DNA of 64,000 bases from an uncultured SAR86 cluster bacterium (GTDB lineage: Bacteria; Pseudomonadota; Gammaproteobacteria; Magnimaribacterales; D2472): NCBI GenBank assembly GCA_902514105.1, contig CABXPU010000002.1, forward strand, positions 7,441 to 71,440, given 5' to 3'. Made by a program: the position numbers and the translations under genes. Below the pieces are notes generated by a model. The model was not told the origin of the DNA and searched no databases. It worked only from the letters and a program-made list of their open reading frames with translations. Of this stretch, positions 34,932 to 44,558 are shown piece by piece. Numbering within the stretch: the stretch's first letter is position 1; every line of letters begins with the position of its first letter.

Positions 34932-37900
34932 TTAAGTCTTAATCTTTTTCAATAAGATGAACATTGCTGGTATATAAAATACTGCGATAATTGAAGATCC
35001 TAAAACACCAACGACCATACCCCAGGCTAGAGGTCTAAAAAATATACTTGCGAATAGTAATGGAAGAAAGCCTCCGATAGTAGTTGCTGATGTGGTAATC
35101 ACATGACGTGTAGATCTTATTACGACCTCCACTAATTGGGCTTTTGTCATATTCCCTTTTTCAGCTTCTTCTTTAATATGAGATAAAACAACAATTGAAT
35201 CATTAATAGCTAGTCCAGCCAAACCTATAGCTCCTACAGTAGCTATAAATCCATAATTCTGTTGCCCCACTACTAAGCCTACAAAAGAAAGACCGACACA
35301 TAAAATAGCTACAGACAAAATAATGCCAGCTTGTGTAAATGAGTTTAATGCTGCCACTAAGCCAACAACAATTAGAACAAAAAATATGGCAGCCGAAGAA
35401 ATAAGTTGACCTTGAGATTGAGCAGCAGTATCACCTTCACCATCAGAATATAATGAATAACCTGCAGGTAATGATTGTTCAAATTCATTGATTTCTTTTT
35501 TTATAGAAGATTCAACGGTTGACGCTAATGTTCCTGTCCATATTTGGCCTTGAACGGAATTCTTTTTTTCTCCATTCTTGCGCTCAATAAATTCAGAGGT
35601 CCTTGTTAACGAAGTCTTTCCAAAACTTTCAACATAATCAACGCTAGCTTGACCAGGTAAAGTAAGAAGTCCTACGCCCTCAATAGAAGAGCTAATTTTA
35701 CCCAAGCTCTTAACCCTTATAGGAAGATCTTTATTTCCATCAAGCATAGATCCTACAATAATCCCATTATTAGCAGCAGCTAACTCGTTTAGAATAGCTT
35801 CCATCTGTTTTGAAGATAAGGCCATATTAGAATTATTTAGATCTAATTCGATATTGGTTTCAAAAGATTTTGAGGTTACATTGGTTGAACTTATATTTGG
35901 GGCTTTGCTAATAATGAGCTCTAATTTTTCTCCTAATAATTGGAGCACTTCGGGATCATCTCCTGTAATTCCATAATCAATTGCAGCAAAAACAGGAGGA
36001 CCTGCATAAAATTTATCAATCCTTATTTGTATATCTGGATTATTTGCAGAAATATTTTTTGCCAGGCTGGGAAGAATTTGTGCCATTTCTTTATAACTAT
36101 TAGAAAAATATACGCCCTCCGCTATATGATTTGACCCTAAAGCAGAATCTCCAGAAACTACGTTATACATGATTCTGGGCAATTTTCTTCCGATAAACCA
36201 AACATCACTTTCCACTATTCCTGTTTTTAAAATTTCTTCTCTAATTTGATGAACTTTTCTTTCTGATTCTATTGCGGTTGAATTAACTGGCAACTCAACT
36301 GAGACCCTGAACATGTTTCTATCATTAGCTGGAAAGAAATCTCCAGGTATTGTCTGGAATAGCAAAAACCCTGATATAGGTAAAAATAATGCTATTCCCA
36401 AAGCTCTTCTTGGCTTCAGATATGCCCATGAAAGCAATGACCTATATTTCTCTAATAACTTCTGATTAGAGTAGCCATTTTGATTAATAGATATTTTTTC
36501 AAAGAATGCTACCTTTTCTAAATAAGCCATCATTACTGGAACTACAGTCAAAGCAAGAAATAATGAAGACGTAATCGCCAGAATAACTGTTACTGCCATT
36601 CCTCCAACGAATTCTGTGCTTGATCCATCGCCTGTTGCTATTGGTAAAAACGCAAACACTGTAGTAAATGTTGCTGCGAGCAAAGGGACAACCAGTTGAC
36701 TAATTGTTTTATTGATAGCATCTCTTGGCTCTAATCCAGAAGATCTTCTGTGCCTATAGTCTTCAACAACTATAATCCCATTATCAATTAACAACCCAAG
36801 TGCAATAATTATTCCCGTTATAGAGGTTTGATGAAGTGGCATTTCTAATAGCCTGCAGCCAAGAAGAACCATTGAAATAGTAAAAGGTAAGATTGCACTA
36901 ATAATTAAAGCAGCTCTTAAGCCAAGAAGAAGAAAACTTAAAAATAAGACAAGAATAATTGCTGAAATAACACTTCTAGTTAATGTATTAAACATCTTTT
37001 TTGTATAAAAAGATTCGCTATAAATATTTTTTAAAACTATTTCTTCTGGAAGAAGTTCTCTAAATTCATTGGCGATGATATCTGCTTGGCCTACATATAA
37101 ATCTATCCTTTGTCCGAAAGCTGCCTTGGCTTCAATTAACACAGAGTTTTTTCCATTGCTTAATGCTATATCTTCTACTGGTTGATATGGTTGCTTTGAA
37201 ACCTTGGCAATATCTTGAAGTTTTATAACTCCGTAACCATCTATAACTTGAATAGGAAGATCTCTTATTTGAGACACATTTACTAGATTATCTTTAACCT
37301 TTAATAAAGTTTCCTGGTTTTGATTAGAAATTTTTCCAATAGGCCTATTGCTATCAAACATCGCTAAGGCTCTACTAACATCAGCTAATGATAAATTCAG
37401 CAATCCTAATTTATTAGTATCAACTTCAACTAAAACTTCTTCATTAGCTATTCCGTGCAAACCTGTTCTTTCAGTTCCGTCAACAAAAGAGAGCTTTCTT
37501 CTTAATTCGTCCCCCAATCTAGACATTAAAATAATTGGAGGCTCCCCTTCTCCCTGCCATGTCAATGCATATAAAACTGATATAGGGGGGCCGCTAGAGC
37601 GAACCAGTTGAACTGAGGCGCTGCTTGGAAGAGATGGCTTAACTTGATCAATCTTATCCTGTATTTCACCCCAGGTTTGCTCAATAAAATCAAAATGTAC
37701 AAAATCTTTAAGCTCAATCCCTATTCCTGCGCTGCCAGCTTGAATCTCCACCTGTAAATCTTCTATTTCAATTATTTCTTGAAGCGCAGATTCAATTTTA
37801 ACTACAGATTGTGTTTCTATTCTCGAGGCAGATGCACCAGGATCAGATACGATGATAGAGGCCCATCTTTGAGCTAATTCTGGATTTTCTTGTCTGGGTA

Positions 37901-37994
37901 TTGAAAACCATGACGAAAGCCCAGAAAGTAAGATAAATACAAGGGTTAGAATTAAAATTCTAGGACGATCTAGAAAAATATTTACCAGGCTCAT
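34932..37994 (-). CDS. RND family efflux transporter, inner-membrane permease (AcrB/AcrD/AcrF family)
   Basis: 1020-aa ORF with 12 predicted TM segments arranged as two repeats, each with a large periplasmic loop. It lies directly downstream of an adaptor gene. Confidence 0.9.
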   Translation of the reverse strand: MSLVNIFLDRPRILILTLVFILLSGLSSWFSIPRQENPELAQRWASIIVSDPGASASRIETQSVVKIESALQEIIEIEDLQVEIQAGSAGIGIELKDFVHFDFIEQTWGEIQDKIDQVKPSLPSSASVQLVRSSGPPISVLYALTWQGEGEPPIILMSRLGDELRRKLSFVDGTERTGLHGIANEEVLVEVDTNKLGLLNLSLADVSRALAMFDSNRPIGKISNQNQETLLKVKDNLVNVSQIRDLPIQVIDGYGVIKLQDIAKVSKQPYQPVEDIALSNGKNSVLIEAKAAFGQRIDLYVGQADIIANEFRELLPEEIVLKNIYSESFYTKKMFNTLTRSVISAIILVLFLSFLLLGLRAALIISAILPFTISMVLLGCRLLEMPLHQTSITGIIIALGLLIDNGIIVVEDYRHRRSSGLEPRDAINKTISQLVVPLLAATFTTVFAFLPIATGDGSSTEFVGGMAVTVILAITSSLFLALTVVPVMMAYLEKVAFFEKISINQNGYSNQKLLEKYRSLLSWAYLKPRRALGIALFLPISGFLLFQTIPGDFFPANDRNMFRVSVELPVNSTAIESERKVHQIREEILKTGIVESDVWFIGRKLPRIMYNVVSGDSALGSNHIAEGVYFSNSYKEMAQILPSLAKNISANNPDIQIRIDKFYAGPPVFAAIDYGITGDDPEVLQLLGEKLELIISKAPNISSTNVTSKSFETNIELDLNNSNMALSSKQMEAILNELAAANNGIIVGSMLDGNKDLPIRVKSLGKISSSIEGVGLLTLPGQASVDYVESFGKTSLTRTSEFIERKNGEKKNSVQGQIWTGTLASTVESSIKKEINEFEQSLPAGYSLYSDGEGDTAAQSQGQLISSAAIFFVLIVVGLVAALNSFTQAGIILSVAILCVGLSFVGLVVGQQNYGFIATVGAIGLAGLAINDSIVVLSHIKEEAEKGNMTKAQLVEVVIRSTRHVITTSATTIGGFLPLLFASIFFRPLAWGMVVGVLGSSIIAVFYIPAMFILLKKIKT

Positions 37995-37996
37995 TT

Positions 37997-38980
37997 TTAT
38001 TTAATAAATTGTCCTTCTATAACTTTCGAAGCTCCGCCTTTAATAACAAGATCTCCATTTTTTAGTGTGCCGGCAACAAAAGCATTCTTCCCCTCATAAT
38101 AAATAACCTCGACAAGTTCTTTAGTTATCTTATTAGAATTATCTACTGTATATACTGACCACAATCCTCCGTCAGACTGAGATAAAGATTTTATTGGGAC
38201 CCAGGTTCCCCTAGCCTTGTGATTAATAATTAAATTAAGATTAATAACTGCTCCTGGAACAAAAAAATTATCAAACTCAAAAATAGCTAATCTATTATTA
38301 GATCCACCAAGCGACATTGGAGAAAGTCTTTTTAATTTACCTGAAACTAGATCGCCGCTTAAGTTAAATGAATATATTTCTTTAAGTTTCAATCTATTTA
38401 TTAAATCTAAAGGAATAGCAATATGAGCTTCAACTTTCTCAGAATCAAGTATCTCTAGAATGGGTAGCCCGGCATTAATGACTGAGCCCTCATCTAAAAA
38501 TCTACTTTGGATAAGTCCATTAAAAGGAGCTAATATTTTTGTTTGCTCAAATTTAACCTTATAAAAATCAAGTTGTGATTTAGCTACTAGAAAATCAGAC
38601 TCTGCTTTATCAAGCTCTTGAATTGAAATATGCCCCTGTGCCTTTAAATCTTGAAAACGTTTTAGAAGTTGTTCTGCTAATTGATATTTAGCTTTTGCCT
38701 GATTTAGGTTTGCTAAGATTTCTCTATTATCTAACTCAGCCAAAATATCACCCTCTTTAACCTCGTCTCCAATATCAACAGGTATTGATTGAATCTTTCC
38801 TCCAATCTGAAAGGCAACATTGGATTGTTGAACAGGAAAAAGTTTACCGGGCAACTGTTTAGTTGCTTCATAAGTGTCCAAGATTTTAACTTCAAGAATC
38901 TCTAGCGATAAAGGTTCAGCATTAATATTAAGCTGAGGAAATAGCAAAAAGATTATAAAAAATTCTTTAATTCTATGCAT
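37997..38980 (-). CDS. RND efflux periplasmic adaptor (membrane fusion protein)
   Basis: 327-aa ORF with an N-terminal signal or anchor, a lipoyl-like motif (VDIGDEVKEGDILAELD) and a coiled-coil hairpin. It sits 2 nt upstream of the RND permease. Confidence 0.85.
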   Translation of the reverse strand: MHRIKEFFIIFLLFPQLNINAEPLSLEILEVKILDTYEATKQLPGKLFPVQQSNVAFQIGGKIQSIPVDIGDEVKEGDILAELDNREILANLNQAKAKYQLAEQLLKRFQDLKAQGHISIQELDKAESDFLVAKSQLDFYKVKFEQTKILAPFNGLIQSRFLDEGSVINAGLPILEILDSEKVEAHIAIPLDLINRLKLKEIYSFNLSGDLVSGKLKRLSPMSLGGSNNRLAIFEFDNFFVPGAVINLNLIINHKARGTWVPIKSLSQSDGGLWSVYTVDNSNKITKELVEVIYYEGKNAFVAGTLKNGDLVIKGGASKVIEGQFIK

Positions 38981-38994
38981 TTGGCAATAAATTA

Positions 38995-39044
38995 ATGTTT
39001 ACAGTGAAAACATAATATAATTAAAATGTTTACAGTGTCAACAT
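38995..39044. promoter_or_regulatory. Two tandem dyad operators (ATGTT-N9-AACAT) in the divergent RND/tetR intergenic region
   Basis: ATGTTTACAGTGAAAACAT (38995..39013) and ATGTTTACAGTGTCAACAT (39026..39044) are spaced 31 bp centre to centre. A perfect TTGACA on the minus strand (39041..39036) and TTTACA on the plus strand (39029..39034) both lie inside the second operator. Confidence 0.55.
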
Positions 39045-39066
39045 TTTAATTATAAAATTATAAACT

Positions 39067-39675
39067 ATGAAATATCATCACGGCAATCTTAAAGAAAATC
39101 TAATAGAGTTAGCTTTCTCTGAGTGCGAACAAATAGGATGGGAAAATATAAGTTTAAGAAATTTATCAAAAAAACTTGATGTTTCTCAAACCGCTCCTTA
39201 TAGACACTTTGAAACAAAAGAAGATCTCTTGGCAGAAGTTGCAGCAAAGGGCTTTATTAAACTTAAAGAAGGAATGGATGAAGGGTCAGATTTCTTAGAA
39301 ACAGGAAATGCTTATATTAATTTTGCATTAGAGTTCCCAAATACCTACGACTTAATGCTGGGTACTCACCTAGGACACTTTGGTAATTATCCAAACTTGG
39401 TTAAAGCCGCGAATTCTACTTTTAATGATTTAACATTGGATTTAAAACAACATATGCTTGATTTAGGAAATGAAGATCTAAGTGATAAAAACGTTGGGGA
39501 AAAGGCAATTTCTATCTGGGCGCTAATGCACGGGATGGTTGGCATTCTAAGAAAGACTTTGGTTGTTGAAGAGGGTCATGGCGATATTGGAGATGGAATT
39601 ACTATTGCTAAAAGAATAAAAGATGATTTGGAAAGTTTTCTAGCGAAAACTGTAAATAATATTTTGTCTAACTGA
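39067..39675 (+). CDS. TetR/AcrR family transcriptional regulator
   Basis: The N-terminal HTH region (ISLRNLSKKLDVSQTAPYRHFETKEDLL) is typical of TetR. The gene is divergent from the RND operon. Confidence 0.88.
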   Translation: MKYHHGNLKENLIELAFSECEQIGWENISLRNLSKKLDVSQTAPYRHFETKEDLLAEVAAKGFIKLKEGMDEGSDFLETGNAYINFALEFPNTYDLMLGTHLGHFGNYPNLVKAANSTFNDLTLDLKQHMLDLGNEDLSDKNVGEKAISIWALMHGMVGILRKTLVVEEGHGDIGDGITIAKRIKDDLESFLAKTVNNILSN

Positions 39676-39696
39676 ATTATTTCAAAAAAATATTAG

Positions 39697-40254
39697 ATGA
39701 AAAATACTATTAGAATCTCTAGCGGCACATTAAGAGGAAAGAAAATCCCCTTTAATTTTAAAGACTCTCTTAGGCCCACATCTAATAAACTAAAAGAAAT
39801 TCTATTTAACTGGATCCAGTTTGATATAAATGATTCCATATGCCTAGATCTATTTAGCGGCACTGGATCAATTGGTATAGAAGCAGTTTCTAGGAGTGCA
39901 GAAAAAGTTATTTTTGTTGAATTAAATAAAAAAAATTATTCTAGGTTAGTAAAAAATATTTCTACGCTTAATATAAAAGAGAAAACAAAAATATTTTTTA
40001 AAGATGCCTATTTGTGGGTAAAAAATAATGATTTATCAAAATTTGATTTTATTTTTCTTGATCCCCCTTTCAATGAAGATCATGAGCTAAAAATTTTAAA
40101 CTTAATACAAAAAAAAGATCTAAAATCTTCATGTAAAATCTATCTTGAATATAGCAAATTTACGGAGCTAGACATACCCGAATCTTTATCATTACTTAAA
40201 GAAAAGTCAGTAGGAGACGTAAAAGCTTTATTGTTATCTAAAAATGAAGATTAA
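39697..40254 (+). CDS. rsmD: 16S rRNA (guanine966-N2)-methyltransferase
   Basis: The motifs RPTSNKLKEILFNW, LDLFSGTGSIGIEAVSR and FLDPPF parallel E. coli RsmD. Confidence 0.85.
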   Translation: MKNTIRISSGTLRGKKIPFNFKDSLRPTSNKLKEILFNWIQFDINDSICLDLFSGTGSIGIEAVSRSAEKVIFVELNKKNYSRLVKNISTLNIKEKTKIFFKDAYLWVKNNDLSKFDFIFLDPPFNEDHELKILNLIQKKDLKSSCKIYLEYSKFTELDIPESLSLLKEKSVGDVKALLLSKNED

Positions 40255-41143
40255 AATAGCCACCAGAAACTCTGAACTCGCAATCTTTCAAGCAAATACT
40301 GTTGCTAGTGAACTTAATCAAAGAGGTCTTGATACTGAATTAGTGCCCATTGTCTCTGATGGAGATAAAACAGATCAACCTCTTCATGAGATTGGTGGCA
40401 AAGGCTTATTTGTTAGTGCTCTTGAGTCTGCACTACTTACACAGGAAGTTGATATAGCCGTACATAGTCTGAAAGATGTTCCTGCAAAACTAAATAAAGA
40501 ATTTATCATTGCTGCTGTCTTGAAAAGAGAAGACCCATCCGATGTCTTGATTACGAAAGAAGGATGGTCAATGGGCAATATTCCTGATAATTCTGTAATC
40601 GCTACATCGAGCCCTAGAAGAAAAGCTCAAATACTAAATCTAAATTCAACTATTCAAACTGTACCTGTAAGAGGGAATATAAAAACAAGAATAGATAAAT
40701 TAAATGGTAATGATTTTGATGGGCTTATTGTTGCAAAAGCTGCTCTTAATCGTCTTAATTTAAGTTTTAAGAATGCATATGAATTTTCTATAAATGAAAT
40801 GCTTCCATCAGCATCACAGGGCTTTATTGGCATTGAATGCTTAAGATCAAATATCAAAATTATTGATCTTTTGAATAAAATTAATGTTAACCAAGAAATG
40901 ATGTTAGCTAAGGCAGAAAGAGATTTTGTGTCCTTGCTTGATGGCTCATGTCTGTCTCCAATAGCTATCCTTTGCACTGAGAATGATAAAAAAATTAAAA
41001 TAATCGCTAAAGTCTTATCGCAAAATGGAAAAAAGAAGATCTATAAAGAAATTACTTCAAATAATACGAGTCTAAATGAAGATATTGTAAATCTAGCAAA
41101 TGAATTCCTAAAAAAAGGGGCTCATACCTTAATCAATGAATAA
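40244..41143 (+). CDS. hemC: Hydroxymethylbilane synthase (porphobilinogen deaminase)
   Basis: The N-terminus KIATRNSELAIFQA and the conserved SPRR and cofactor-cysteine regions identify it. hemD follows. Confidence 0.93.
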   Translation: MKIKIATRNSELAIFQANTVASELNQRGLDTELVPIVSDGDKTDQPLHEIGGKGLFVSALESALLTQEVDIAVHSLKDVPAKLNKEFIIAAVLKREDPSDVLITKEGWSMGNIPDNSVIATSSPRRKAQILNLNSTIQTVPVRGNIKTRIDKLNGNDFDGLIVAKAALNRLNLSFKNAYEFSINEMLPSASQGFIGIECLRSNIKIIDLLNKINVNQEMMLAKAERDFVSLLDGSCLSPIAILCTENDKKIKIIAKVLSQNGKKKIYKEITSNNTSLNEDIVNLANEFLKKGAHTLINE

Positions 41144-41853
41144 TGATAATTAATACCAGACCAAAAATACTATCAAAAAACTTAAATAAATTAGCTCAAG
41201 ACCAGAGTCTGAAAATTATTAATGCTCATTTATCAGATATCCAGCCAGCGATTGAAAAAAAAGAGTTAAAAGAATTGGAATTAAAGCTGAAGAATATTTC
41301 TTCATATAAAAATATAATATTTACTAGTCAAGCAGCGGTCTTCCATGGCCTTCCATTTATTAATAAGTTTATAAACAATGGAGAATGGAATATCTTTTCA
41401 ATTGGTCCTGCAACAAAAGGAATGCTTCTTAATAGCGGCGTTGATTCTATTTCTCCCAGCAACTCATCCTCCGAAGACATCTTAAATTTGATTGAAAAAG
41501 ATTATCCAGGTAAAAACCTTCTTTTTTGTGGAGATAATTCAAATAACTATCTTCAGGGGAAACTAAAAGAAAATATAGATGAAATAATTTGTTATAAGTT
41601 GGTATATAACAAATCGGCATTAGACAGAGTAAGTAATGGACCTAAAATTATTTTAATTTATAACTTTCTTACCTTTTCTTTTTTATTCACATCTCTTGAT
41701 CATGAAATATTAAAAAATAAGATCTTTATAGTAATTTCTGAAAGGGTAAAAGATAAAGTACAAAACCTTAGTAAAAGTCTTAATCTAAGAGTTTATGTGA
41801 CTAAAGAGCCATCGGATAGCTCTATGTTAGAAATTGCTAAAAATCTTACTTAG
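41143..41853 (+). CDS. hemD: Uroporphyrinogen-III synthase
   Basis: 236-aa ORF immediately after hemC (1-nt overlap) with a weakly conserved HemD-like pattern (IINTRP..). The call relies mainly on synteny. Confidence 0.72.
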   Translation: MIINTRPKILSKNLNKLAQDQSLKIINAHLSDIQPAIEKKELKELELKLKNISSYKNIIFTSQAAVFHGLPFINKFINNGEWNIFSIGPATKGMLLNSGVDSISPSNSSSEDILNLIEKDYPGKNLLFCGDNSNNYLQGKLKENIDEIICYKLVYNKSALDRVSNGPKIILIYNFLTFSFLFTSLDHEILKNKIFIVISERVKDKVQNLSKSLNLRVYVTKEPSDSSMLEIAKNLT

Positions 41854-43123
41854 CTTTCTTTCCGTTGCCATTCTTCATAGATAAGAAGAATTCATCATTA
41901 GTCTTAAATGATTTTAATCTATCGATTAAGAATTGGATTCCTTGGGCATCTTCCATTTCATCAAGAATCTTTCTAAGGACCCACATTCTTTGAAGCTCTT
42001 CATCAGTAGTTAAAAGATCTTCTCTTCTCGTTCCAGACCTTCTAATGTTTATTGCCGGATAAATTCTTTTTTCAGCAATCTTTCTTTCAAGATGAATTTC
42101 CATATTACCAGTGCCTTTAAATTCTTCATAAATCACTTCATCCATCTTAGAGCCTGTATCAACTAATGCAGTTGCTAAAATAGTAAGGCTTCCGCCCTCT
42201 TCGAGATTTCTTGCTGCTCCAAAGAACCTTTTTGGTCTTTCAAGAGCATTTGAATCAACTCCTCCACTTAGAATCTTTCCTGATGCTGGTTGTACTGAGT
42301 TGTAAGCTCTTCCTAATCTAGTTATAGAATCTAGAAGAATAACCACATCTTTTTTATGCTCTACAAGTCTTTTTGCTTTTTCAATTACCATGTTAGCAAC
42401 CTGAACATGTCTTGTTGGAGGTTCATCAAAAGTACTAGCAACAACTTCACCTTTAACAGTTCTTGTCATTTCTGTAACTTCTTCAGGCCTCTCATCAATG
42501 AGCAGTACTATCAATTCTACTTCGGGATTATTGTTCTTTATTGAATGAGCTATGCTTTGAAGCATTAAAGTTTTACCTGCTTTGGGAGGCGAAACTATTA
42601 AGCCTCTTTGCCCCTTACCTATTGGTGCAATTAAATCAATAATTCGTGAAGATAAATCTTCATTAGAGCCACTACCTTGTTCTAAACTTAGTCTTTGATT
42701 TGGGAAAAGTGGAGTTAAATTCTCAAAAAGGATCTTACTCTTAGTTTTGTCTGGCGCTTCTCCATTAATAGTATCTAAATGAACTAAAGCAAAATATCTT
42801 TCTTGATCTTTTGGGGGTCTAATTTTGCCATGAACTGAATCACCCTTTCTAAGGCTAAATTTTCTAATTTGGCTAGGCGATACATAAATATCATCCGGTC
42901 CAGCGCAATAAGATCCTTCAGGAGATCTTAAGAAACCAAAACCGTCATTAAGTATTTCTAAAACACCGCCCCCATATATATCAATTCCTTCACCAGATTG
43001 ATGTTTAAAAATCTTAAAGATAATATCTTGTTTTTTTAATCTTCCAACATCTTCTAGTCCAAGCTCAGTTGCAATTTCAACTAACTCGCTTATTGGTTTA
43101 ATTTTAATGTCTGTTAAATTCAT
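41846..43123 (-). CDS. rho: Transcription termination factor Rho
   Basis: 425-aa ORF with an N-terminal RNA-binding domain, Walker A SPPKAGKT and highly conserved Rho sequence. It lies downstream of trxA, as in E. coli. Confidence 0.97.
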   Translation of the reverse strand: MNLTDIKIKPISELVEIATELGLEDVGRLKKQDIIFKIFKHQSGEGIDIYGGGVLEILNDGFGFLRSPEGSYCAGPDDIYVSPSQIRKFSLRKGDSVHGKIRPPKDQERYFALVHLDTINGEAPDKTKSKILFENLTPLFPNQRLSLEQGSGSNEDLSSRIIDLIAPIGKGQRGLIVSPPKAGKTLMLQSIAHSIKNNNPEVELIVLLIDERPEEVTEMTRTVKGEVVASTFDEPPTRHVQVANMVIEKAKRLVEHKKDVVILLDSITRLGRAYNSVQPASGKILSGGVDSNALERPKRFFGAARNLEEGGSLTILATALVDTGSKMDEVIYEEFKGTGNMEIHLERKIAEKRIYPAINIRRSGTRREDLLTTDEELQRMWVLRKILDEMEDAQGIQFLIDRLKSFKTNDEFFLSMKNGNGKKAK

Positions 43124-43152
43124 GTGTTATTTTCCTAATATCAGTGGGTGCG

Positions 43153-43176
43153 AAAAAAGGGATAGCCCCGTGGCTA
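43153..43176 (-). terminator. Weak hairpin plus U-run in the trxA-rho spacer (possible attenuator)
   Basis: The minus strand reads UAGCC-ACGG-GGCUA followed by UCCCUUUUUU. The stem is only 5 bp, so this is speculative. Confidence 0.2.
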
Positions 43177-43228
43177 GATCTAAAAATGATAAATCTTTTT
43201 TATAAAAGATGCAAAACTTGTTTCTTTT

Positions 43229-43552
43229 TTATATTTCAGAATTAATAAATTCAACAAGTTGTTGTTTTGATAAAGCTCCTATTTCGGTTCCTGAAGGTTC
43301 TCCTTCTTTAAATATAATTAATGTTGGTATTGATCGAATGCCATATTTTGCTGCAATATCTCTACTAGAATCTACATCCATTTTGCAAACCTTTATTTGA
43401 TCAGCGTATTCTCCTGCAATCTCTTCAACAGTTGGGCCAAGTTGCTTACAAGGACCGCACCATTCTGCCCAAAAATCTACTAAAACTGGCTTTTCATTTG
43501 AAAGAACTTCAGATTCAAAGTTTTCTAAATTCACTTCAACTACGTTACTCAT
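43229..43552 (-). CDS. trxA: Thioredoxin
   Basis: 107-aa ORF with the WCGPCK active site. Confidence 0.95.
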   Translation of the reverse strand: MSNVVEVNLENFESEVLSNEKPVLVDFWAEWCGPCKQLGPTVEEIAGEYADQIKVCKMDVDSSRDIAAKYGIRSIPTLIIFKEGEPSGTEIGALSKQQLVEFINSEI

Positions 43553-44544
43553 TAATTTAACTCCTTAATTATTTCTTTAGCTGCATAAGTTAAGATTGCA
43601 TCAGCTCCAGCTCTCTTGAAACAGAGTAATGATTCTTTGATTACTTCTGAATCAAGCCACTTATTATCTATAGCTGATTTAAGCATACTGTACTCTCCAC
43701 TTACCTGATAGGCAAATGTTGGAACATTAAATGTTTCTTTTACTTTGCTTATTATATCAAGGTAAGGCATGCCTGGTTTTACCATAACAATATCAGCACC
43801 TTCATTAAGATCTAATGCTACTTCATGCAATGCTTCGTCTGAGTTTGCAACATCCATTTGATACTCATCTTTGCTAGCCTTGCCCAGATTAGAACTTGAG
43901 CCCACTGCATCTCTAAAGGGGCCATAAAACTTAGAACTATACTTAGCAGCATATGATAAAAGAATAGTATTATTAAAATCATTTTTCTCTAAGGCGCTCC
44001 TAATAACTTTTATTCTTCCATCCATCATGTCTGATGGAGCAATTATATCTGCCCCGCTTTCTGCAAGCGTTAAAGACTGTTTAACAAGTTGTTCTAATGT
44101 TTTATCGTTATCAACATATTCATTGACTATGATTCCATCATGCCCGTGATCTGTGTATGGATCTAAAGCTACATCTGAAATAATAATTATTTCAGGATGA
44201 GATGCTTTAATGTTTTTAATAGCTTCGCATATAAGGTTATTTTGATTAATAGCCTCTGTTCCATCAGCATTTTTTTTATCCGGGTTTATAACCGGAAATA
44301 AAGCTACAGATTTAATGCCTAATGTGAGAAGCTCTTCGATCTCTTTTTCAATAACATCAAGTCCAAATCTTGAAATACCTGGCATGGTCTGAATTTCTTC
44401 TGTACCACTTAGATCCTCTTTTATAAAAAGAGGTTGAATTAAATCATCTCCGGTTAGAACATTCTCTCTAACTAAATCTCTTAAAAAGGATTTAGACCGC
44501 AGTCTTCGAAGACGAGTATTGGGAAATTTTCTTTTATAAAGCAT
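43552..44544 (-). CDS. hemB: Porphobilinogen synthase (delta-aminolevulinate dehydratase)
   Basis: 330-aa ORF with conserved ALAD blocks, including the Schiff-base lysine region (VMVKPG). The metal site is the Asp-rich type (DVALDPYTDHGHDG). Confidence 0.95.
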   Translation of the reverse strand: MLYKRKFPNTRLRRLRSKSFLRDLVRENVLTGDDLIQPLFIKEDLSGTEEIQTMPGISRFGLDVIEKEIEELLTLGIKSVALFPVINPDKKNADGTEAINQNNLICEAIKNIKASHPEIIIISDVALDPYTDHGHDGIIVNEYVDNDKTLEQLVKQSLTLAESGADIIAPSDMMDGRIKVIRSALEKNDFNNTILLSYAAKYSSKFYGPFRDAVGSSSNLGKASKDEYQMDVANSDEALHEVALDLNEGADIVMVKPGMPYLDIISKVKETFNVPTFAYQVSGEYSMLKSAIDNKWLDSEVIKESLLCFKRAGADAILTYAAKEIIKELN

Positions 44545-44558
44545 TATCTTTAAAAATC

